The notes under the pieces are model-generated. The model ran no database searches and was not told the origin of the DNA. It worked only from the letters and a program-made list of their open reading frames with translations. The position numbers were made by a program, and so were the translations under genes. From positions 1-64,000 of the forward strand of contig CAYMED010000004.1 in NCBI GenBank assembly GCA_964389655.1: DNA of 64,000 bases, read 5' to 3'. Source of the DNA: an uncultured Candidatus Poseidoniales archaeon (GTDB lineage Archaea > Thermoplasmatota > Poseidoniia > Poseidoniales > CAYMED01). Below, piece after piece: positions 1 through 9,576 of the stretch. The number at the start of each line of letters is the position of its first letter. Within the stretch, counting starts at the first letter, position 1.

Positions 1-22
1 AGCAACCACTGGTGCCAAATTC

Positions 23-373
23 ATGTCAATCATAACAGCATATAACGCCGCATGGGAAAATGGAGATATTGAAGCACTTGCCAAAGTGCTTCATGACGAA
101 TTTATATTCAATCCTCACGTTGGCGGAATAACCATGAGCAAATCCGATGCTTTGGGCTTTGCTGGTAACAGTGGAACCACTTCAGAAAATAATCGAATCC
201 TGTTCGAAAATGATGAATTTGGAGTGGCTCACTCAATAGTACACTTTGCCAATGGCTCTACCTCAGAAGCAGTACTCTCCTTCCTTAAATTCAAAGATGG
301 AAAAATTATCTTGATGGAAACCGGTGCAACCCCTCTATCAGATGACTATAATCTGATAGGAAACGAAACGTGA
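23..373 (+). CDS. SnoaL-like / NTF2-family protein
   Basis: 116 aa with the pattern 'YNAAWENGDIEALAKVLHDEF...FKDGKI' typical of SnoaL/NTF2 folds. Confidence 0.7.
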   Translation: MSIITAYNAAWENGDIEALAKVLHDEFIFNPHVGGITMSKSDALGFAGNSGTTSENNRILFENDEFGVAHSIVHFANGSTSEAVLSFLKFKDGKIILMETGATPLSDDYNLIGNET

Positions 374-460
374 TGCCCGTTTAGTGCGAAAATACCACAG
401 GGCCATCTCATCTGACTCGCAAGCAATACTTTGCAAACTCGAGGATTGGGCCTTTGAGGT

Positions 461-1828
461 TTAATAATCATATATGTTATCCCAATAATTATCCAAAATT
501 TCGAGGGCTTCATCGATGGATAAGACAGATAAAACGCCATCTTCTGCCTTTTTTAGGAGGCTCATGGACTCTAATTTTCCAAGCGCATCATCAACTTCAA
601 AGTCAATGTCATGCCCAAACGTCTGCAATAGCCACCCTTCAATTCGATGATCGAGTTGTTCTTCAGTGTAGTGATTTTTAGACTCTACAAGAAGGAATGT
701 ATAAGCTAGAAGGGCTTCTTTGACTTCTTGTTCTTCGCCTAAATCAACAATCATATTGAGAACTGCTGCATTATTCGCTTGACCTTTGAAATACAAGTCC
801 TTTGAAACTTGAGTTTGGTATGCTTCTCTCGTTTTTTGATAGGAAATATATGTTTTTAGAATGTAAGATCCCAAAGCAGCAAGAACGCCACCAAGTAAAG
901 AGGTTGAAGTATCTCCAGACTCTCCACCTAACAAAAGCGGACCAAATTTCATTGCTATTGTTACTAATCCCCCAATAAGGGGTGCTGCAATTTTGATTTG
1001 ATCTATGCTTCTCATCTGAGGGGATGTATTGGGAAAAATAGTTTCAAGATCTAGTTTAGGAACAATTTTGAATAAACGAATGTGGAGGCCTTTTCCATCA
1101 TCACCTTGGTAGTGCTTCATCCTTTTTTTCTCTGCAAACCAATGTTCATCGTGAAACACAATGATCTGAACAATTCGGTCAAAAGCATCAATTGTGACTT
1201 TCTCTTTCTTTAGGCCAAACATGGAAGTGCGTTCATCTTCTACTGATACTTCGCCTAATTTGTATAACTTCATCACTTTAAACTCATCAAAGCGGACATC
1301 TAAACTGATGGGAAATACATCCTCTCCATCAAGTGCATCTTGCATCTCTTCGTCGCTTATTTCCTCCCAATTTCCATCAACAAGACACTGTTCAAATGTC
1401 TGTAGAAATGCTTCGCTAGCATCGGAATTCGGTACTTCTATTTGATCCGGATCCATGGCTTCATAGAGTTGCTTCAAATTTTCCAATGAAGCATGAGATG
1501 AATGGTGCCAAATTGCCTCTAACATTTCACTAACTCTAGCAAGTCCTTGTCGCATATCATCATCAACTCCAGATAATTGGAAGACGGCATCTCGAACTTT
1601 CGCGCGAGATATTGGGATATATTGTTGACGATTATCGTCTTGATTTTGAAAAGAGGATTCTGGTGAAGAAGGTTCATTGTTTGAGACCCATTTCCCCCCA
1701 TCCCACCTTAATTTCCCATCATCAGAGATCAATCCAATATTTGATGGTGGGAACTCTGATTGTTTATTTGGTATCCAGTTTGAGCCATCCCACTTCCAAT
1801 TCCCGTCTTCGGAAATGAGATCGCCCAT
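461..1828 (-). CDS. DUF3754 / TMEM143-family membrane protein with N-terminal WDG repeats
   Basis: Motifs 'LFKIVPKLDLETIFPN', 'LYFKGQANNAAVL', 'EEQEVKEALLAY', 'IDFEVDDALGKL'; two central TM helices; likely start ATG 1828 (MGDLISEDG). Confidence 0.75.
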   Translation of the reverse strand: MGDLISEDGNWKWDGSNWIPNKQSEFPPSNIGLISDDGKLRWDGGKWVSNNEPSSPESSFQNQDDNRQQYIPISRAKVRDAVFQLSGVDDDMRQGLARVSEMLEAIWHHSSHASLENLKQLYEAMDPDQIEVPNSDASEAFLQTFEQCLVDGNWEEISDEEMQDALDGEDVFPISLDVRFDEFKVMKLYKLGEVSVEDERTSMFGLKKEKVTIDAFDRIVQIIVFHDEHWFAEKKRMKHYQGDDGKGLHIRLFKIVPKLDLETIFPNTSPQMRSIDQIKIAAPLIGGLVTIAMKFGPLLLGGESGDTSTSLLGGVLAALGSYILKTYISYQKTREAYQTQVSKDLYFKGQANNAAVLNMIVDLGEEQEVKEALLAYTFLLVESKNHYTEEQLDHRIEGWLLQTFGHDIDFEVDDALGKLESMSLLKKAEDGVLSVLSIDEALEILDNYWDNIYDY

Positions 1829-1892
1829 CTTTGAGCGGAGATAAATATATGAAATAAATTCTTCATTCAAGGAATTAATCAGAATTATGCAC

Positions 1893-4451
1893 TCAATCTT
1901 CGTGCCGCCGAGATACAAAAGGTGCAGCGACAAATGCCGTAATTGCTATGACTATTAGGAGAATAATGAGAAATATTGCAATGGGTGGCGCTCTAGAATC
2001 CGTCGCTGGAGACGATGTAGATACAGATGTTGCTGTTGTGTCATCAATCAAAGAATCTGGAGAGACGATCGATTCAGTGGTTGTTAATACTTCTAAAAGG
2101 CGGGCGGGCGATTCATTACAAATCACCTCACCATTTACAATTGGAGAAATTCGAATACTCGCCGCAGTTACAATTCCGCCACCCACTATGCTCCAATTAT
2201 TTCCATATTGGTCTGTTAATATGAGGCAATCATCTGATTTTTGTGCCCAAGTTGCATTCACAATTATTGGTGCGGCATCGTATATGGGTATTCCACCTTG
2301 TGATTCTGAACAACCAGCGTCATCAACTGGATCTGTTTGATTTGTCTCTGGGCAAGAATCTGCGAGATTTAGAACACCATCGTTGTCATCGTCACTAAGG
2401 GGTGATGAAATGTTAAATTCCCTGCATTTAATCCAAGCTTGCCCGGCTATGCCTTCTACATATGGACAAGCTAATTTGTTTCCATGAGATGTATAGGTGA
2501 TGGTAAATTCGGCTATTGTTTGATTGGAAAAAGAGATGATACGGGTGGTGCTATTTTCATGGTGTATTGCGGTTTGATTCGATACAGAAACAAGAATACG
2601 AACAATACCACCTGAAGAGGAAGGTGTGATATCTAGGGAAATTATTTCTGCTTCAAGAGAGGGAGGGCGATGGTTGACGTGTATGCAATTTTCTAAATCA
2701 TCGCCGATGAGGGCGACTGCTGGGCTAGAAGGATCTAGTGATACACAAAGTGTTTGTTCCCCGTATGGTAATGTTTCAACTAAAGAAGAGGTCATGTCAG
2801 CCAAAATTGATGTTGTGCTTGTCCAGCCATCCCGGTTCGATTTCCAAAGAATATCTGAGGAAACGTTCTCAGAATAGACAGACAATACCGTACTAGATGC
2901 TTGCCATGAACTTCCAGGCCAAGGTGAAATAATTTGTAAAGAAGTGGGTTCAAGAAGCGTCGTAAAGGTCATGATTGAACGGCCTAAGCTTACTGATGCT
3001 GGGCCTACGCTAAGACCATTTTCGCTTTCGACTAAAAGATGGATGGATCCATCATTTCCAGATTCAATATCTATGATTTGATCAATGCCACTTCCTTTGA
3101 GAAGAGATTGGGTTGTCCATTCGCCATTTGGTTCCATGATTGCAAGAAGAGACTCAGATAATGTCGCACCACCAAGAGTGAGGTCGGTCGTTGCTAGAGA
3201 AATTTTAGCATTGATCACTGGAGTGGGACAATTATTTGAATCAAGGCAACCAACACTCATCGCTACTGCAATTCTCCCTTCTGGACGAAGGGAAAGGCCT
3301 TCGATGCGGACTGAGTGATCGCCCGTAATTCCATTTTGCCAACTGCAAGAATTAATTGCAGCCCAACTGCTAACAACTGCTATTGGGATGCCTTGGGGCG
3401 TTTGAGATGTAGGACAACCATTGATTGGTGAATTTCCACCGATCAGCAAACCACCAGATGGATTTGCTTCAATCGTTGTCGCATTTGGAACCTCATTGAT
3501 GCCAATCCAAGCGCCATCTGAAATTCGAAGCGTTCCGACAAGAGTATTTCGAGGAGCATTATTGGTGAGAGAAAAACCACCAAAAATAGCATTTGGCCTG
3601 GAGCGGGATGTTGTGTCCACACCCAATGGTGTTATGCTATGCTCAATTAGTACATGTGCCTGTTGTGAAATTTGGTCCACTGCAAGATCAATGACTTGAT
3701 CTTCTAAATCACTACCACCCACCTGTGTCCAAAGGAGAGTGCCATCATTCGAAGAAAATGCAAAGATTGCAACTTCACCTGCTTCGTGAGGGCCATTTTG
3801 AAGACCCGCGGGCCGAACAGAAGTGCCTAGATGTGATGTTGTGTTATGGATCGTTGTTGCGACTAAAATTGTCGAAGAGTCGGCCACAGCAATGTGCAAG
3901 GAAGGGGGAGGGGATTCTAGAAAAGAAAGAGAAGTGGCCCACTTCCAAGTTCCATCATCTGATTGAAGCCCAATCCAATGGTCAGTTGATCCTGTGAGGG
4001 AAATTGCATCAAAGAGGTGTGTCCCATCTAAAGGACCCGTCATGACTAAACCCCCAGAAACAAGGGGGACAATGTTTGACACCTCCCCACTGACGCCTGT
4101 TGCGGAAGTTATCGAAGTCCCATTCCAATAACTCATGAAGCCCGGATCGCCCGTGGCATTCTTCAATGCCCCACTGTCCAAGCGACCCGCAATTGCGATT
4201 GAAGAAGGAAGAGGGGCAATATCTGCTAAATGTTGACCGGCCCAATCTTTCTGGTTTGAAAGGGGATTAAGGGAAATTATAGTGGGGCGAAGATATTCAA
4301 TCGGATTGCCAATATTTGAAGAGGGGCTTTCTAATCGGTCTTGCATTCTAATTTCTTCATATTGGAGGGGAAGAAAAAGGAGAATGGTAAGGGCAAAAAC
4401 GAAGCGCGCGCGACATGAGAGCGCAGAGGTCATGGGGGTGGGTCGCGTCAT
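1893..4451 (-). CDS. Large secreted, membrane-anchored protein with beta-rich region and a thrombospondin type-3-like Ca-binding repeat
   Basis: N-terminal hydrophobic segment; 'DDDNDGVLNLADSCPET...VDDAGC' motif; S/T linker and C-terminal TM plus basic tail; start uncertain (4451 or 4481). Confidence 0.6.
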   Translation of the reverse strand: MTRPTPMTSALSCRARFVFALTILLFLPLQYEEIRMQDRLESPSSNIGNPIEYLRPTIISLNPLSNQKDWAGQHLADIAPLPSSIAIAGRLDSGALKNATGDPGFMSYWNGTSITSATGVSGEVSNIVPLVSGGLVMTGPLDGTHLFDAISLTGSTDHWIGLQSDDGTWKWATSLSFLESPPPSLHIAVADSSTILVATTIHNTTSHLGTSVRPAGLQNGPHEAGEVAIFAFSSNDGTLLWTQVGGSDLEDQVIDLAVDQISQQAHVLIEHSITPLGVDTTSRSRPNAIFGGFSLTNNAPRNTLVGTLRISDGAWIGINEVPNATTIEANPSGGLLIGGNSPINGCPTSQTPQGIPIAVVSSWAAINSCSWQNGITGDHSVRIEGLSLRPEGRIAVAMSVGCLDSNNCPTPVINAKISLATTDLTLGGATLSESLLAIMEPNGEWTTQSLLKGSGIDQIIDIESGNDGSIHLLVESENGLSVGPASVSLGRSIMTFTTLLEPTSLQIISPWPGSSWQASSTVLSVYSENVSSDILWKSNRDGWTSTTSILADMTSSLVETLPYGEQTLCVSLDPSSPAVALIGDDLENCIHVNHRPPSLEAEIISLDITPSSSGGIVRILVSVSNQTAIHHENSTTRIISFSNQTIAEFTITYTSHGNKLACPYVEGIAGQAWIKCREFNISSPLSDDDNDGVLNLADSCPETNQTDPVDDAGCSESQGGIPIYDAAPIIVNATWAQKSDDCLILTDQYGNNWSIVGGGIVTAASIRISPIVNGEVICNESPARLLEVLTTTESIVSPDSLIDDTTATSVSTSSPATDSRAPPIAIFLIILLIVIAITAFVAAPFVSRRHED

Positions 4452-4473
4452 CGGGTGAAGAAATATTCGTGTG

Positions 4474-5205
4474 TCAAGCAAGTGTGTAAGTTAGTCGTTG
4501 GGTCTGCTTTCCTTTTGATCGGGGGGGTGAAATCCATTCCATGTGGCCAATTTCACCTAAACTTTTGACATGTGTTCCGGCACATGGGCACAAATCAAAA
4601 TTATCTCCAATTCTGATCACCCTTAAATTGTTGATATGATTTGGTATTAAATCAAGATTTGTGCGTTCCACTGGCATTAATTGATTAAGTTCAGACCTTG
4701 TCATCTGTTCAACATAAACAGGTAAATCATCGTCTATCAATGAATTAGCTGATAATTTTATTTCTTCAAGAACTTCTGAGGAAAATTGAACGGGTTGGAA
4801 GTCAATCCTGCTGCGTTCCGCATGAATCTGGTTACCTACTGTTCTAGCACCATTCGTACATTCGCCAACCACTGCAGAAATTAAATGTTGAGCTGTGTGC
4901 ATCCTCATATGGGAATAGCGCCTTTTCCAATCTATTTCACATACAACAGATTCACCAAGTTCAAGCCCATGTCCTTCACCGACGGTGTGAAAAATCTCAT
5001 CCCGGCCACGTACTTCACTTACTTGAACAAGAGATCCTGACTCTGATTCAAGGGTGCCAAGATCCCATTCTTGTCCACCGCCAAGTGGATAAAAGTGTGT
5101 TCGGTCAAGAGTTACTTGATCAGAGAAAATGGAGGTTATTTTAGCATCGAATTTCTGAATATAGGCGGCTTCAATTGAAGGCATCCACAACCGTTCTGCA
5201 GACAT
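4474..5205 (-). CDS. alaX: Alanyl-tRNA editing protein (AlaX-M type)
   Basis: 'FYPLGGGQEWDLG', 'HMRMHTAQHL' (HxxxH) and 'CPCAGTHV' (CxxxH) zinc ligands; 243 aa. Confidence 0.9.
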   Translation of the reverse strand: MSAERLWMPSIEAAYIQKFDAKITSIFSDQVTLDRTHFYPLGGGQEWDLGTLESESGSLVQVSEVRGRDEIFHTVGEGHGLELGESVVCEIDWKRRYSHMRMHTAQHLISAVVGECTNGARTVGNQIHAERSRIDFQPVQFSSEVLEEIKLSANSLIDDDLPVYVEQMTRSELNQLMPVERTNLDLIPNHINNLRVIRIGDNFDLCPCAGTHVKSLGEIGHMEWISPPRSKGKQTQRLTYTLA

Positions 5206-5258
5206 GATTCACGGAGAGAGGTTATCGCTATCAACCAAGCGCGTTATTCTCGCCAGAG

Positions 5259-6008
5259 ATGACTTCCCCATTCGATGCTGTGGCGGGCTGTTATCAATTA
5301 GGGCGGCACCCCTTGCCCGAAGATTTGTGGATATTAATTCAAAATTATATCGGTGAGAAAGAAATTGATGTGGCTATTGACATTGGATGTGGAACTGGAG
5401 AGTCAACGGTTGGTGCTGCGAAATTTGCCAATTCCGCCATAGGAGTCGACTCATCCAAAAAAATGGTAGAAATCGCTAGAAAAAGGCATATAAATGCTAC
5501 TTTTTTGCTGGATGATGGAGAACATAGTGCAATTCAAAATGAAAGTTCAGATCTTGTCACTTTTGGTTCATCTTTACATTGGATGAATGCATCATCTGCG
5601 GTTTCGGAATCCACTAGAATTTTGAAACGTGGGGGCATTTGTGCTATTTGGTGGGTCTTGTTTCCAGAATTAAATGAAAAATTAGGCATGCTTATTGATC
5701 GACACATGAAATTATGGAACATGAAACAATTCCCTAAACCAGGTCCAATCGCAGACATAATTCAAATTCTAGAATCCTCAAATTCATTTATTGATATTAC
5801 TCAATTAGAAGGGAGGGAAAATGCATTATGGGAACCAGAAAATTTGCTTGCATTTCTTGATTCTACTGTTTTTTTTAAGACATACCTCTCAAAAATTCCT
5901 TTCCCTGAAAAATATAGGGAAAAAATAACTCGGGAAATTCATGAATCCGGGGGAGATCAATTCAAAGTCGGCTTCGAAGTGAAAGGGCTTTTGGCGAGAA
6001 AAAAGTAG
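5259..6008 (+). CDS. Class I SAM-dependent methyltransferase
   Basis: 'AIDIGCGTG', 'GVDSS', 'SSLHW', 'LKRGG' motifs. Confidence 0.85.
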   Translation: MTSPFDAVAGCYQLGRHPLPEDLWILIQNYIGEKEIDVAIDIGCGTGESTVGAAKFANSAIGVDSSKKMVEIARKRHINATFLLDDGEHSAIQNESSDLVTFGSSLHWMNASSAVSESTRILKRGGICAIWWVLFPELNEKLGMLIDRHMKLWNMKQFPKPGPIADIIQILESSNSFIDITQLEGRENALWEPENLLAFLDSTVFFKTYLSKIPFPEKYREKITREIHESGGDQFKVGFEVKGLLARKK

Positions 6009-6066
6009 AGATATGATGCATTATCCATATATTCAAGCCACCGCGCGGCGGCTAATGGGATATTGA

Positions 6067-6753
6067 ATGCGCCGGACACCATTGACCAACGATCCTTTGG
6101 CGAGAGCGCGGGTTGAGGCTTTATTCATCGTATCAATTTTGGTGATGGGTGTCATGATTGTTGTCCTCTCTGCAACTGGCTCTGTAACCCGGGGCCTTGA
6201 TGAGGGACAATTACCCCCCGATTTTACTGCTCCAAGTCATGAGTTTGGCACCCCTCCATCAACATGGACGGATTACAGGCTCTATGACCATTTTAATGCC
6301 GATTGGGAAGAAGGGGAAAATGGTTCATGGATGCTCCTTCAATTCATAGATACGGATTGTCCCTTCTGCTGGGAAGAAGGAGAAACCATGTCATATGCAC
6401 ACATACAATACAAGCATCTTGTTGATTTCATCTCCATCGCCATTGAAATTTCATCCATTGGTGGGCATGAATCGTCGAGGTCCGAAATTGTTGCATTTCA
6501 AGAACAAAGTCCGCGTGATGGATGTAGAGCAGGGAGTATAGAAGGCCCTGCAAATTGTGCTGAAAGGCCTGGACAACCACATGAGTTTCTCTATATCGAT
6601 GACTTAAATCAAAACGTTGCAGATTCTTGGAAAGTTACTGGAACACCTACATTTTTCATCCTACAACCTGATGGTAAAGTTGCTTGGAACAGTCAAAATC
6701 ACAAAGGCGTAACTGTGGATCAGGCCCTTCAAAGCACAGTAGGGGGTGTTTGA
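6067..6753 (+). CDS. Membrane-anchored thioredoxin-like (redoxin/TlpA-like) disulfide oxidoreductase
   Basis: N-terminal TM; 'PPDFT', 'CPFC' CxxC, 'WKVTGTPTFFILQPDG' cis-Pro loop. Confidence 0.8.
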   Translation: MRRTPLTNDPLARARVEALFIVSILVMGVMIVVLSATGSVTRGLDEGQLPPDFTAPSHEFGTPPSTWTDYRLYDHFNADWEEGENGSWMLLQFIDTDCPFCWEEGETMSYAHIQYKHLVDFISIAIEISSIGGHESSRSEIVAFQEQSPRDGCRAGSIEGPANCAERPGQPHEFLYIDDLNQNVADSWKVTGTPTFFILQPDGKVAWNSQNHKGVTVDQALQSTVGGV

Positions 6754-6756
6754 TCA

Positions 6757-7371
6757 ATGGGGGAAATGGGCGCCATTGGGGGATGGTGGATCATATCCGT
6801 CACCCTCATATTTATCGGTTTTTTGTTAGCATCCAGCCATGGAGAAAAAATTGTAGAAAAAATTGGTGGTGGTCTTGGTGCTTTGTGGTCAACGTCTCAA
6901 AGCCGACTTCTATGGGCATGGGGAATTACTGCAGGAGGGACATTCCTTGCAGCAAGCCGGATCTATCTATTACAACAAAAATTGAACTCAGATACGGGTG
7001 GATTGGGATGTGAAAGAACAGCTTCTTTCACATGTAATGATTGGTTATTCCATCCTTCCTTCATTACAGCTCCAATATTATCCATTGATTGGGGTTTTCT
7101 CCTGCTTTTTGGCGCAGGATTAATCCTGTGGGGGGGGATTTCAATTGGAAGAGACCCTTCAGCAAAGTGGGTAAAGAGTGTTCTTCAAATCACCACAATA
7201 GGCGGGTTAATATTCTCAATTAGCATGTTAATTGTGAACATTTGGGCATTAATTACGATTGGAATGACGCCTTCGGCATATGGGATCGCTGCTCTTCTAG
7301 GGTTTTCAATTTCCACTTATTTAACTAGGCCAATCTCAGCACATCATGCCTCAAACAATTGGGGAAAATAA
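6757..7371 (+). CDS. VKOR-like membrane protein lacking the active-site CxxC
   Basis: Multi-TM; loop 'GCERTASFTCNDWLFHPSF' resembles the VKOR loop cysteine pair; only 2 Cys in the protein. Confidence 0.55.
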   Translation: MGEMGAIGGWWIISVTLIFIGFLLASSHGEKIVEKIGGGLGALWSTSQSRLLWAWGITAGGTFLAASRIYLLQQKLNSDTGGLGCERTASFTCNDWLFHPSFITAPILSIDWGFLLLFGAGLILWGGISIGRDPSAKWVKSVLQITTIGGLIFSISMLIVNIWALITIGMTPSAYGIAALLGFSISTYLTRPISAHHASNNWGK

Positions 7372-7376
7372 AACGT

Positions 7377-7913
7377 TTATTCCTCTGAAAAAGAGGAATT
7401 ATTTGATTGTGTAATCAATAAAAGAGAGATTATCAAGAAAAACGAGGACAATGCCATAAATGGGATGGTAATAAATCCAAACATTTCAATATATTTCCCA
7501 GTACATGGAACCCCTCCTTTGCACTCGTGGTGACCCGATGATGGAAGCCATTGGAGTCTTAGGTGCCAAAGAGAAAGGAAAAAGCCAGAAACGGAAAGAA
7601 GAAGGGCATAAGGCCGAATTATCAATTCATTCCGCAAAACTGCGAGCGTCAAAATTCCTGCTAATGAGTACATTGCAATTCTCTGATACCAACAATATTC
7701 ACATGGAAGAAAGCCCACTACATCTGAATAGTATAAACTCCCCAACATTGCAACAAGAGCAACTGCGGCAGATCCTTGAAATGCAAAGGGTCGGATATGT
7801 TCAATTAGTGCTGTTTTTTTCCCTAAATATGCTATTATGATAACTGTTCCAAGAATAGCATATAGGATGCTCCCGAGAGAAAAAAGAGTGCTGATTAGGT
7901 TAATCGAATCCAT
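7377..7913 (-). CDS. dsbB: Disulfide bond formation protein DsbB/BdbC
   Basis: 'GSLYYSD..GFLPCEYCWYQRIAMY' signature, second Cys pair 'CKGGVPC', 'FGFITIPFMAL'. Confidence 0.9.
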   Translation of the reverse strand: MDSINLISTLFSLGSILYAILGTVIIIAYLGKKTALIEHIRPFAFQGSAAVALVAMLGSLYYSDVVGFLPCEYCWYQRIAMYSLAGILTLAVLRNELIIRPYALLLSVSGFFLSLWHLRLQWLPSSGHHECKGGVPCTGKYIEMFGFITIPFMALSSFFLIISLLLITQSNNSSFSEE

Positions 7914-8005
7914 TCTAATCAAGCCTCCCGTAACCGATCATGAATACGTCACTTTCGGTTCCCCGCGACAGATTCATGCGTTTCACCCGTCGCAGATGCG
8001 TTACG

Positions 8006-9535
8006 ATGCGGTTTTCTGTAATGGGGGCGGTCCTCATGTTTCTAGGCACTGCAATGCAAGGCTGCTTCGGCTCAGATGTGGTTGAAAGTCTGGATGAAAT
8101 CACAGGGAATGGTCTTGTTTGGTTAGAACCAATTTACATGCCGAGACATTCAGAATGTATAGATGAGAATAATGGGCAAGATGCTGGCTTTGAGGGATTT
8201 GGAATCGGATATGAGCCTAGTCTTTCGATTGATAGTAAAGGAAACATGTTCATTACTGCCCACAAAGATTTGCGATGGGGTGGTGAATCAAATCCATTCT
8301 TCCCTCTTCTGGGGGGAAATCCGGGCCCATGGTATGCTTGTCAAGAAGGGGAAATGACAAGTTGGGATTATTGGGCAAGTTGGTTTTGGGTTTCAAATGA
8401 TAATGGATCTACATGGCAGCACGGTTCTGAATTTGGGCCTACTCCCGGAAATTCATTTGCTGCTAATTATCTAGCCGGGGGCTCTGAATGCCTTGGAGAT
8501 GAGGGGGATATCTCCGTTGACAATTACGACAGAATTTACTATCTCGATACAACATTAGAAGATAATTGGTGGCATGTATTTACAGAAGGAGGGAAGACCT
8601 ACGAAATGGGAAGTTGTCAAAGAATGAATACAATGGCTGCTGATGATAGGCCTTGGGTGGCGGCACAAGGAGATGGAATCATACATTATCTCGGGAATTC
8701 TGGGGCATCTCCACCTGAATGCACTGCAGATACTGGAAGATACTGGTATTATCATTCAGAAAATGGGGGAAATCTCTTTTCACAATGCTATGCGATGCCA
8801 GGAGGGTGGTCGACGATTGCAAGTCAAAGAAACGGTTCGTTTGTCTATGTGGCTCAAGAAAATGCTGATTCAAACTCCGGTACGGTGCATGTGAGAATAA
8901 GTGATGATTATGGAAGAGGGACTGGGCCGGGGCCCTCTGATGGGTCTTGGCAAACTCCAATTGATGTTGGAGAAAGGAAAGGAAATTGCCCTGAAGGATA
9001 TCCCGTAGTTAATACAAATGAAGGGGGAACAGTTGCTGTGATTTGGGCTGATTGTCCTGCAGGTGATGTGGGACCTTGGGAAATGAATTTTGCAATATCA
9101 TATGATCATGGTGTTAATTGGTCATCATGGAACATTACCCCTTTTGAAAGGGGAATCAACATGTATCCGTTTATTTCAATTACCGATACAGATCTTATCT
9201 CTGTCGCGTTCTATGGATTAGATTATGACCAAGATGGGGCAAAAGATGGATATGTCAAAGGAAAAAAATGGCATTTATATGCGGGAGTAATGCAAAGTCC
9301 AATAGAAGGAGATCAATGGGATTTCTCAATCGCTGACCCCGCTCCTTTGCACAATGTCACTCAATATGAAGAGGATAATGGAGATGTGCACGCACTTCAT
9401 GACTTCTTTGAAACAGTCCTTTCACCAAATGGAGAATGGATGGGAATTGCCTATCAACAAAATGTTGGGAGTCATCCATTTGAAGAGCAAGAAGAGCAAA
9501 GATACATCAAATTTGTTCGGGGAAACTTGTCATAA
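8006..9535 (+). CDS. BNR/Asp-box repeat (sialidase-like beta-propeller) lipoprotein
   Basis: Lipobox-like 'AMQGC'; Asp boxes 'SNDNGSTW', 'SENGGNLF', 'SDDYGRG', 'SYDHGVNW'; likely start ATG 8006 (ORF from 7940). Confidence 0.75.
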   Translation: MRFSVMGAVLMFLGTAMQGCFGSDVVESLDEITGNGLVWLEPIYMPRHSECIDENNGQDAGFEGFGIGYEPSLSIDSKGNMFITAHKDLRWGGESNPFFPLLGGNPGPWYACQEGEMTSWDYWASWFWVSNDNGSTWQHGSEFGPTPGNSFAANYLAGGSECLGDEGDISVDNYDRIYYLDTTLEDNWWHVFTEGGKTYEMGSCQRMNTMAADDRPWVAAQGDGIIHYLGNSGASPPECTADTGRYWYYHSENGGNLFSQCYAMPGGWSTIASQRNGSFVYVAQENADSNSGTVHVRISDDYGRGTGPGPSDGSWQTPIDVGERKGNCPEGYPVVNTNEGGTVAVIWADCPAGDVGPWEMNFAISYDHGVNWSSWNITPFERGINMYPFISITDTDLISVAFYGLDYDQDGAKDGYVKGKKWHLYAGVMQSPIEGDQWDFSIADPAPLHNVTQYEEDNGDVHALHDFFETVLSPNGEWMGIAYQQNVGSHPFEEQEEQRYIKFVRGNLS

Positions 9536-9576
9536 TTCATCGATGAAATTTTATCTGATTGATTTTTGGGCAGGAC

